From NCBI GenBank assembly GCA_000934665.2, contig KZ538719.1, positions 1 through 51,973 on the forward strand: DNA of 51,973 nt. Reading direction: 5' to 3'. The position numbers and the translations under genes are program-made. The notes under the pieces were generated by a model. It did no database searches. It saw only the letters and a list, made by a program, of their open reading frames with translations, and was not told the DNA's origin. The stretch comes from Catajapyx aquilonaris (lineage: Eukaryota). The number at the start of each line of letters is the position of its first letter. Positions within the stretch are counted from its first letter, which is position 1. Shown piece after piece: positions 1-11,000 of this stretch.

Positions 1-2045
1 CTGTTATCATCCGTCAGATGGGCTCGCCTTGACGGTCACTAAAACGAACCCAACTTTTTTGTTTTTTTGTACCCCTCCCTCATTCCTACCTTTTTTTATT
101 ATTTTAATTGGTCTGTTCCTAGATTTGAAAGGGACGGAAAAAAATAGCTGACGAGTCGGGGCATTAGTTACAGTCGACCTGGGTTATCTAGGCTTATCAA
201 ACTTATAGGGGGACGATTTATACGGAATTTCTTGCTGGCGTCTGGGCCGTTTGTTAAAAAAAAGTGAGGTTAGGTTATGATAATTTATATAGTTAGGCCT
301 ATTGGAATTATTATAACTAAAGGGATTAGCATGAAGTGTTTAGTATATGACATGGTTTTTTTTTTGCAAATTGGCCTCTTTCTCTATGCGGGAACAATCT
401 GTAAATCCGATCAAACGGATGGGCGGCGACTATTTATTTATCGGAATGAGAAGGTCACGTGACCGCCAGAAAAGAATCAGCAATCAGCAATAATTCCGTG
501 CGCACCTGCAATAAACCAAGCCTAGCGTATATTATTCGGAGAGGGGGTGGAGTAGGAGAGAAGTTACGAGCTACCCCCCTGGAGTATAATTCATCATCTC
601 ACAAAAATATCTTCATTGATTTCGATTTTTGTAGAAGTAGGGGTGGAGACCTCTCTTTTTGTGTGTTGTTGGCCCTCTAATAATTCCGAGTGCTCTGTTT
701 ATATGCTGTGGACATATGAGGTGGTCCGTCGTAATTAGAATAGGACCATCTCGTATATATGCGATGCTGTGTTTTCTTTTACGGTTTTCCTTTTCCCTCC
801 CAGCAAAAGGTTGACTCTGAATGTGATTGCGCATTCGTGTTGGTCTAATATAAACCTAAAGGCTGCCTTTTAGATGGAATGGCTGCAGTGGCTTTAAGGG
901 AGATTGACATTGAACTCTGCGTGTGTGGGAGCGGTCGTAAAGGGCTACTTTGTTGCTGGTAGAAACGAGAGGAAATGGGCCTGACGTTTATTCCGTGGAA
1001 ACGTGATGCATTTGTACGGGCTGATCATTTTAAGTAGTATCCGTGGCCTTTGGGCAGGGAGGCCAGCGGGAGACCAATCGCACGTGATTGATGAAATTGT
1101 GAATGAGTCCAGATTTATACGCTTTGGAATTTTTGCAACGTCACCGTTCAGGTGGTGCTAAGCTTCGTTGGGGATTAACCTACCTGAGTCGTTTGGGGAG
1201 CATGACTGTTCCTTTCTGGCGCAGGCAAAAATTAGCAATGCAATGGCGAAGTTGCAAATAGCATGGCATGTTATTTTTTTTTACGAGGGTACGCACGTTT
1301 CCGAAGGTTCTCACGTAATAAACGTCGCGAGGCAGGCTCCGTCAACATGCAGCATTTCTTCCTGGAACCTTTACCGGTGACATTAATGGACGTGAAACTC
1401 GCCGAGGCGAATAACAAATTTGCCATTTTGAGGGGGGGTTGGGGGTATGGTGTGCCAGGTCGAACGATTGGATTTTCGCAAACCTTGTCGCTGAGGGGGT
1501 GGGGAAAGGTATTGGGAAGAGAGGGTGAGGTGGGGGTGGGGGAGATATCTGCCTCCCCCTTTCCACCCACTCACCCTGGGTCTATACTAGGGTTCTCTTC
1601 GAAGGCTTTTTTTTTTCGCTGTCGATAGTGGAGTGGCCCAATTTCCCGCTTTTATACGCCGCCTGGGTTAATCGGTTTGCAGAATTGAGTTAGCACGCGT
1701 TTTCCCTTCCTTTGACATGATTAGGGTCTCAAGAGGATAGAAAGGGTGGTGGGAAAGGGACGTTAGCAGACGGAGAACACACTTTTGGTCGCCATGGCAG
1801 CCCTGGCCGACGCCTCTATATATTTTTTGATCCGAAGCGCCTGTATCCCCGCCCCTCTTTTCCTGAAAGGGCTCTAAAGCATCTGTATGGGGAAAAAAAG
1901 AGTAATATTTTGGAGCGCGTCTCTGATATGGCCGGCTAATGATGAAGGAGGGCGTGACTTGAGAACTTGAGAAGTGATGTGTTATTGTCGTGCAGGTATG
2001 GGGAACTTCAGGGGGATTAGAGAGAAAGAGGGGAGAGAAAAAAAA

Positions 2046-2107
2046 ATAGTCTAGCTTGTTAATTGGGTCCTGGAATCGATATCCAGGCAACCTGGTTCGA
2101 CCCCGGG
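2046..2107 (+). pseudogene. tRNA-like relic (tRNA-Glu-like pseudogene or tRNA-derived SINE head)
   Basis: A-box-like TAGTCTAGC, stem CCTGGA/TCCAGG with a 7-nt loop, and T-arm CCTGG-TTCGACC-CCGGG containing the B-box GGTTCGACCCC. No acceptor stem. Confidence 0.35.
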
Positions 2108-3830
2108 AGTCCTCTAATAGACTTGTGACTCTTGTCGGGAGTCGGCATTGGTAATTGAATGAAGGATTTCCGTTTACCTGCCACTCCCAAGTCTCTAGGT
2201 TTCTGGGCGTACTCTTTTTTTCTGGTAATTGCGGGTGACACGACTATAGCATTCGTCTTTCCCTTCCCCCATCCCATTTTCCCCGATAGGTTTTCTCCAG
2301 GGAGTTGGTTTGTCCCTTACTGTACGTCTGGATCAAGGTCTGGATAGTAATTTGATTAGGTAACCAATCCAGCACGCAGGAAGGAAAAAAATTGGACATA
2401 TGTTGCTATCGTAATGTAAGATGAGTTTAAAATGAAATCAATTTACTGAACAACTATGTACAGAGCGAAACCGTTTGTTGAAGCTGGTTTTATTACATGG
2501 GATGAAGAAGAAGGTTAGCATTTTCCCACAGGTTAAACGCTGGAGGGTTCTAACAGGTGTTGACATGTAAAGTCATTGCGACGGAAGGAAATGTGCATTT
2601 TCAAGGTAGCTATGCTAACATGCATTCGGTGCATTGCGTCCTTGCCTGGAGATACACGTTCTCTTTTGTGACCTCTGGTGTATCAAGATCAATCACTCGT
2701 AGCATTGGAGAGTATGAAAAACACGGTTTTGGTTTTAGTTGTGTGTACTTTGTCACACTTCACACTTAATAGTCTTTTGACGTTTTAACGACGACACCAC
2801 TACCTGTGGCACTGCTGGTGTACCAGGTTTTATCAAGAGGTTTTATGTATTGGCTCGTTTCCACCATTAGATCTAGGTACTGCAATCCGTACTGAACAAT
2901 ACATTGTTTGGACCTCGTTTGTGCAGAGACAAGTTTCACTTGTTGATATTTGAAGGTTTAGATTCGTGGCCTGGTAGCGTGCAATTGTGCACAACCAATA
3001 TGAGTACACCGGCCAATTGGTGGCAATCGAGTTGCAAAACGTAAATTCCCGAGTCGATTCTGCTCGAGGCCTGTCGGTTCTATTCAGTGGTGTGATACAA
3101 AACATGCAAAGTAGGAGAAACCCTACCGGTACAAGTGTCAATAACGCGCCCGTTTTATTGACAACAGGGTAACTCCGACCCTGTATACACAGCAGTAAAT
3201 CCAAACACCGTAAGATTCGAAATAAAAAAAAGCCGGAAAAGTTTTATTGCTATCAGCAGACTGTGTGTGTGNNNNNGGGGGGGGGTCGTAAAATTGGGCA
3301 AGAGGACATAGGCTAATGGTAGGATAATTACTAGGGACGATAATATCGAGTGCAAAGGCCAGCCTTGGAAAGAGCCGGTTCGGTCGTGGCCAAGGAAAAG
3401 TGCTAACTGTGGGGCGCTTTGCTCAAAAGGAATGTAGATTTTTGGGGAGGACGAGTTTGCTGTTGTAATTTGCACCGAGTCTGTTGGGGAAATTCATTAG
3501 TGTCAACTGTAATGAGTTGGAGGGATGGTGCGGGTTTCAAAAGCTGAACTTGGCAGTCGGCAGAAAGTTTGACGTCATCCGCCGCGGATCGGGAGGGTAA
3601 AAAGGCTTGGGGAGGGCGGTATATTTTTCTCCTAACCTAACTCTGGGACCCGGGCTTTTCGTGAAAGGGGACCAAATGAAAGAGCGCTGGATTAAAAAGC
3701 TCTTTTGACACTAACCCCCCCTCACCTCATCAGACCCCCACCCCTGCCAGTGCATGTCCCCAAGGGCGACAAAGGTGGGGAAGGGATATTGTGTTTCTTT
3801 ATGGCCCCGAGGAGGGGGGGGGGGGGTGGT

Positions 3831-3850
3831 AGCAGCAGCAGCAGCAGCAG
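3831..3850 (+). repeat. (AGC)6 microsatellite next to a G-run
   Basis: Read directly from the sequence. Confidence 0.9.
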
Positions 3851-5060
3851 GCTCAGCTACAGGAACCAAACCCTTGTTATTGCCACGCTGAGTCACGACG
3901 GTACTTGTCCAACCGGTGCACGTGCCACCTTGTGTTGAAAAGCCATATTGGCTCCAGTGCGGCAAATGGACCAAACATGGCCGCATTCGCACTGACACGA
4001 CTTGTCACTCTACCAGCCCCCGAGGTACACTACAAATTGGAGATTAACAGCCTGATATCTTCTGTAGCATCATATGTGCTGAAGCACTCGAGTGTGAGCG
4101 ATTTCCAGGGTGACGCGTCCTGTACCATGCCCTCTAGGGACATGAAGAGGGGGGTGGGTCACCATGGTACTCATGGAGTGTGGTGAGAGGTGGTGTCGAG
4201 GGAAAGAGAGGAGGGGGTGTTAGAAAGGCTGCAAATGACAAGCTTGCAATTACGTCTGGTGCCGCCGGGGAGATGTGTCATTGGCTTTGAAGCTCTCTGG
4301 GAGGGAGTGAAAATGGTGATTTTTAGGTAACCCTCTCTCCAAGGAGGTTTGCAGGATCAAGTGTGGGTTGATGAAACCCGGGGTGGACACAGGAGGGGAA
4401 TATGGAAAACCCAATCCCACGCCTTGTTTCCAATATTCGTGAACATGTCCGATCCAGATCAAGTGGGTGATTCAGGTTCTTCATACCAGACTTCCTTCTT
4501 TTGTTATTTTTATTTAAAAAAAAAGAGGGTGGAATTGCTCTGTTAGTCATACTGTGCCGGTTATTTGAGGAGGGTTCGTGCCTTTGGGCGATAATTGCTA
4601 GGGTGGCAATTGCGTGCTTTTCACACTTTGGCGGAATTATAGGCAGGGGGGTGCCGGAGAGTTGTGGGCGTGTCAAAACTCCCACTCTAGATAGGCTGCA
4701 GTTGTTTGTGTACCGTGCAAATAATATTCCAGGATGTGGAGGCGATTACCTTCGCACATTTAAAGCCGGGGAAACCGTAGACTCCAGACCGGAGCGGTTT
4801 CGTGACGGTAATTGAAAGTTGAGAATTGCACTCCTTTTCATTTAGCACCGAAATCCCACTTCCTATTGTTCATGTGCACATAGGCTGCTTCTGTAGTGTG
4901 GAGGGTTGTTTTGCTGCGAATCATCTTGAAAGTTCAGGGATTCCGGAGCTGAGGATGTACACTGTGCAGTAGATGGAGCTACCCCCACCCAACGTTGCTT
5001 TGAAACCTTCTTTGTCTTAGGGACGGGTTATTGATTCAGGTTGTAGTCAGCAGCACAGGG

Positions 5061-5081
5061 AAGAAGAAGAAGAAGAAGAAG
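5061..5081 (+). repeat. (AAG)7 microsatellite
   Basis: Read directly from the sequence. Confidence 0.9.
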
Positions 5082-8000
5082 GGAAATTGAAAGAGATGGG
5101 GGAACGCTTATCTGCAAACTTGGGACCAATAACGTTATCCAGCTCTTCGGAAGGCCATTTTTTGAGCCGTTTTTGCCCCTTGGTTTGGTGTGGTGTTGTC
5201 GTGATGCTGGGTTGGATGCTAGGACGTCAGACGTCTGGATGAGGAGAAGAAAATACAGCAAGAAGAGGAGGGCTCCATACATAAGGAATGGGGAAAGTTG
5301 GCTTCCTTTGATGGAATTGAGAGCGACTTTGAAGAGAGGGAGAAAGATGTTTGTTCTCCGCGGACTGAAGGAGCGGGCAAACTGCCCGCTTGGTTATTTT
5401 TCTTTCATGGAGTTGCTGGGCTGGGAAATGGTTTTTGGCATTCCAAGTCTGCCCAGGAAGGTTCTACCCAACTTATTCTTCTAGTTGCCGCTGCTTACGC
5501 GACTGTCGTTTCCCTTGTCCGGATACAAAAAAAAAAGAGCCTGAACCTCCTATTGGACCAGGGGATATCATGTTGGTCCTAAAACTTCCCCGAGACTTTT
5601 ATTTTTTTGTGTGTAAGCCACATCTGGGAAAAAGTCGTCTCGAACACTGCACCGAATATGTGCAGTTCCCCCTTCAAAGTAATTAGGCAGCAAGTTCTCC
5701 TTTTTGTGTGTGTGTGTGTGTGCCTTTAGGAAAGCGTGGGGAATGAACCGGTTGGTGTGGGAACCTCGCACACTTTTGTACGAGAAACGCAGTGCCTGGA
5801 ATCACGGAAAAACATGGGTGCTGCTAGACACAGAGAGAAGAGGCAGCAGCAGAATCGAAGAAGAGGAGGAGCTCCCTTCTCCTCCTACTCATTCCTATGT
5901 AATGGCTATTCCTGGGACTGTTTGCGTGTTTTGTGTGAATGGGGCCAAAGCAAATGCCAGTCTAGGGGAGGAGGCAGCAGACATATGAGTCTAGGGGAGA
6001 GAAAGACGTTGGGGAGACGGAAGGAAGGAAGGACCAAAGGGACCTTCTCTTAGCAGTGACCCAGAGGGATTGGTTTGACCCCGGGGGAAATTGGAAAAGA
6101 GGGAGGGCTGCCTCTTCAATTAACCGATGCCTGAGGGAGGGAAGATTCTTGAATGACTTCCTTACTTTGCGTATATGGCCCCCCCCTGCGATGATATTGG
6201 TTTTTTTCGGGATTGGGCCGGGGGTATAGAAGCGGAAGCCAACAGTGAAAGTGAGAAGGAGTCTGCCGGATCACGTGTCAGTTAGTAGGGCAGACGTCAT
6301 AGAATGATGGTGAGAAGGCCTTGGGGCTTCGTATCGTTACGTTTGTTCTGGCGCCTCTTTTGTTTTGGGCGCCCTCAGGCCGTTTTTCCTCGGGTTACTC
6401 TTTTGTACAGTGCAGGATATTAGTAATTCGAGCCCTGGAGCGCAGGTGACCCACATAGGACAGAGGTGCGTGACCTTTTAGCGTTGAAAGCGTGTCCTTT
6501 AGAATGAGTCAGCCCACGCACTTTTTTTTAAAAGTAAGGGACGGGGAAGAATGTTGGTCCATACCGAAAAAAACAACACGTGTCTGGTTCGGAGACGGTG
6601 GCAAATATTACGCCATCCACTTCGTGACCCCGGAGGAACCGCATTTCCGCCGCGGAAAACCCCTTTCCCTTACTAATGCCGTGGCCTCCACTTCACCTTC
6701 GACTCACCTGCTCCTTTTTTGTGTGGATTTTTTTGCAGGTCGAACGACAGGTGCAATTTGCCCGTGGCATGTCAGCAGTTGACTTTCGTCAGGACGGAGA
6801 CATTTAGCGGGGGCTATAAATTGGACATGGGCATGTTGCAAAATGCGCGGGGGATAATTCCGGGGCTATGAACGGTGCTGTAGTAGCCTGATAACTGTGA
6901 CACAGGGCCTTGTTGGAAAGAGTCAACACCCACTCCGACCATGAGAAACAAAACCACACCAAGATAAAAAGGAGAGCTTTATATACGTATATGAAACGCG
7001 GTGTCGACCACACCTCCGAGTTTATGACTTCTGCTCAAGTGTCTCGTATTTCAACAGGTTCATTCAGAGAATGTGTGAAACATGTCGATTCACCCACACT
7101 TTGTTACTTTGACGCGACGTTAAGGCGGGGCATTGCTTGCAGTATGTACGGTATGCTGTAATATAAAATGAAAGTGCTTGCAGAACCGGAAACTTAACAC
7201 CTTAACTAACAATGAAGCAAATGCGGGGCAGGAAGTGCAGTGGCAATGTTTATTTTCGAAGGACGCGGAGAAGGGTACATCAAGAATGTGCAAGGTTTCT
7301 TGATTCGAAAGCGGAGTTTTATTCGAACCGGGCGTGACATTCACTTTCTCCTCCGCCGGTTCCATCTCGAACCATTGGATTGCCACAAATCTGTCTCTGA
7401 TCGGAGTGACATGCAGTCGTGACACCATTCTTTCGACATTATGTAGATTTCTCACTTGTAATCCGATATTCACTAGGCTGCCATGTGATAGCCTTGAGTC
7501 AGATTCCGACCTCTTAATCTGAATACGTTAAATTGCACTTCTTTGTCGTGTAATTCTGTTTTTAGCCGTATGTGTGTGGGCATGTCTGTCTTTCCAAGGT
7601 TGGCAGCTTTGAAGCAGTGATATCGCTGCATGCTTCAATTTCTGGTACCCCTGCAAGTAATTTCATTGCACGCAGATCTACAGCATTCCCATAGTATATA
7701 GCGAGGGCTATATTCTCGATCGCAACCGTTGACGAGGGGAATATTTCATAGTAGAACAGAATAGTCGCTCTTAACGAAATTACTCTTGTCCTTGGCAGCG
7801 ACGCTCGCTTTAATATGTAAATTTCGAGGGGGATTAATATTTTATGGGTCGACTTTTCTTTTGAGTCGAGCTGAAGTTGCTTGTTATATTGCTGCCTGAT
7901 TTTACTTGCTAATGGGACTTTTTAGTCATAATTCACTAATCAACACCGAGAAGAGGATTAAAATTGACTTATCTTTTTGTCTGTTGGTCGAATACATCTC

Positions 8001-11000
8001 TGAGAGGCCCCCGAAGGCAGCAAGAGTTGTGTGATGGCTCCTCCTCATCCCAGGGGCTCAAATTGCTCTAATAAACCCAAATAGATCATTTGGCAACTTT
8101 ACAGCTGGGATTGGGAGGTCTGCGAGGGGGTGTTTAAGGGGTTAAATTAACAATTAGAGAAACTGTCAGTGCGACAAGGAGAATCCGACGAATCCTGTGC
8201 CTCCAATTAAGTTTCAATTGCCCGCCAAAGACGCGTGCAATTTCAGATTCCGCCCCCCTCTCTAGGGGTCTTCTTGCATTTTTGTGTGTGTGTGTGTGTC
8301 CAAACTGGTGAGGCATGGCGGTGACGGCCCCCTGCCAAGCTGTTATGACATTTCCCAACTCGTAAAGCTGTCATACATAAGTGCGGGCACGTGTTGTAGG
8401 TGGGAAGAGCGGTCCAGGTATTCCCCGTCAACACACGGAGGTGGGCCACCCCCCCCCCCCCCAAAAAAAAATGTTCATTTGCATCCCAGGTGAGAGTGGT
8501 AGGACCACCCAGGTATACACAACACACCAGAGAGAGCTAGATGGGGAGTGCTTTATACTCCCAAAACTTTTTAAAAGGACCAAAGTCGTTACCCTGAAGA
8601 ACAATACAGAGCGAGGAGTTTACGCCGGCATTAAAATGGGACCTTGGGCCGTAAAGACTAAATGGTCGACACATTTTAACCAAACCGGGTTTTACGGAGG
8701 TCGTTAGTTCCGATTTTAATAGCGCCCTCCCTTTGCATCCTCTCTGCCCGCACTTGCTACCTTCATATTAAGCCCTCCGGAGGCCCCGCGGGTAAAAATT
8801 GCGCGCTCGTATATGTGCAAGCATGGGCCGAAATGGTGACACAGTTGGCAAACTGGCCAAATTGTTGACTCCAGCAATCCCCGGTCGCGGTCCAGATGGA
8901 ATCCGCGTGTGCTCTTCTGGACTGATGGAAGACGAAGTGTGCGGTAGTCGGTGGTCGTTATCGGTCCTGAGCGAGGAAGGTTTCAAAAGAGGGTGGGTGG
9001 GTGGTGTAGGGGAAGGAAGGGAGGCTCTCCTCCTTCCCCCCCCCATCGGGTGCTCCCGCCTGATAAGAGCCCGGGGCGTGCTGATTATGCAGCAGAAGCG
9101 ATTCTCACAAGGATCCTTTAGGCTTTCGGGAAGGGCCAAGAAGAAGCGAATTAAAGGGGGCATGGACCTCCCAAGATAAGATTCCTGAGGGGGGGGGGGG
9201 GGGGGNGGGGGGGGAAGACCCCCTTTTCTTTTCTTTTTATATGCTTCCAAGTTGAGACAAAAAAAAATGTCACCCCGGAGGTAATCCGGTGTGTCGAGCT
9301 GGATACAGCTGAATGTCCTCGAGGCACATGTGCGGAGTGATCACGAGTCCGGCTGATTCATCCCGATGCCTTGTGACCACACAATCGTGCGGCCCATTAG
9401 GAATACCACGAGGGACAAATAATTCCGCGATTGTGCGGGAGGAATGAGGAAACTGGTTATCCCAAGGTTTGCCATTGTTCCGAGTTGACCCTTTTTTTTG
9501 TGTAGGTCCGAGAGCGAAACCGTTCCTTACAGCATGTGATAAGTCCAAAAGGCAAAGTTAGAGACGTAATCTGGGCAAATAGGCGGAGAAAACCACATAG
9601 CGGCATCTGTTCCTCAGTGGGTGGTGTTGCTGGTTGGGGAGGGAAGTAAGGCCCATATATGAATCGAGGGCTGGAGAAGAAAACGCTCGTAATCTTGATG
9701 CGATCTGGAGGAGAAGGCAAGATGGCAGCTGTTTTTCAAGGCGGGAAAAAGAGGGATGATGGCCGTAAAGTGACGCAAGAGACACTTAGTTCGCGACAAA
9801 AGCGGCTCACTTTATTGCCAGCGGAGTGTATTGAATGCCGAGGCGAAAGCTGCCACTTGCGACCGTAAAAAAAAGATATGCTTTTGGTATATACGGAATA
9901 TTTGGACAGAAGCTGCAGTATTTTATTCGAAGCGTATTAAACAAATTGTGGGCATGATTTTGAATAAGCCGCCAACATTCGGTGCGGGATATATTTTTGG
10001 GCACCACGTCGCAGGAAGCGGGGGGTTTTGAAATTATAATGGCGTCCATTGTGACTAGTTTGCTCCGGGTAAAAATTCATTACTGATGGAGTCCCCGCTG
10101 GCTGGTTTTGACAGGTAACTGTGAGGTCATAGAACCGGGGCGGCCGGAACTGCGTTGGGCAGGGTCCGAAAAATAGGGCTGGAGTTTTTACGTTTCCAGT
10201 GCGCACAATACGGGATTTTTTTTTGTTGGGAGGAGGGGGGGGGGTGCCACAACAATTTTTGTATCGCATATTGATCGTCCATATTTTTCTTTACGATGCA
10301 CAAATTAGACGTCGAGTGCTAACTGGGCCAATTTGGAAGGCCCATGTGCCCTCGTTCGAATTTATGGGCGGAAATCCGCAGGCCGCAGAAGTTGAATGTT
10401 GTGTGCGCAGGTATCGGAGAGGAATAGGGTTAAGATTGGGGGATGCCAGCTGCTGATAATGGGACAGAAGGGACTTTCCGAGGGAAAAGACGTAATATAT
10501 GGCGGGATGGGTCATAAATGATGCACCTCCCGCGGCCCAAGACAGTTACTGCAGGCTACTAGATTAGTCCGTAATGCTCTTTGGCGTGAAATAATTAATG
10601 AACTCGTTGGAAACTCCTGATCGATTTCGAAGCGACGCTGCCGCCCTCTCTCTCTGGCTTCTTTTGTGATTATACTTATTTTGTCACAGAAAAATGTGTG
10701 AACGAGTTCTGGCTTTTGCGAAAACGTCGCAGTTCATTTTAATTCCGAGCGATGACGCTCGAGGCGCAGGAAAGGAAGGTTTTGGGAAATTACTTTTCTT
10801 CCCTGAGCGAGAGAAGCACGAGTCTCTATATCCCCCCCATTCAAAATTCATTCCCGTTTTGCCGTCAGGGAGCCCATATCGGAAACCGTAATAATCATAT
10901 CTGGATGACGGTGGGCCAACATGGCACCGCGGGCAAGGCCGTATCCTCTCGTGCTTAATTATTTGCATAGAAGGGTTTTTGGGGGGAGTGGGTAGAGGGT

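Noticed and set aside
169..195. TACAGTCGACCTGGGTTATC resembling a pogo/Tigger left TIR
   Set aside because: No matching inverted right end was found downstream.
2461..2520. …ATGAAGAAGAAG|gttagc as the missing upstream plexin exon ending in KK
   Set aside because: The upstream translation (LKLVLLHGMKKK) lacks the expected VFxGTxxGxLKK Sema motif.
7120..7473. Minus-strand 117-aa ORF vaguely like a transposase C-terminus
   Set aside because: No catalytic or DNA-binding motif is identifiable and no TIRs were found.
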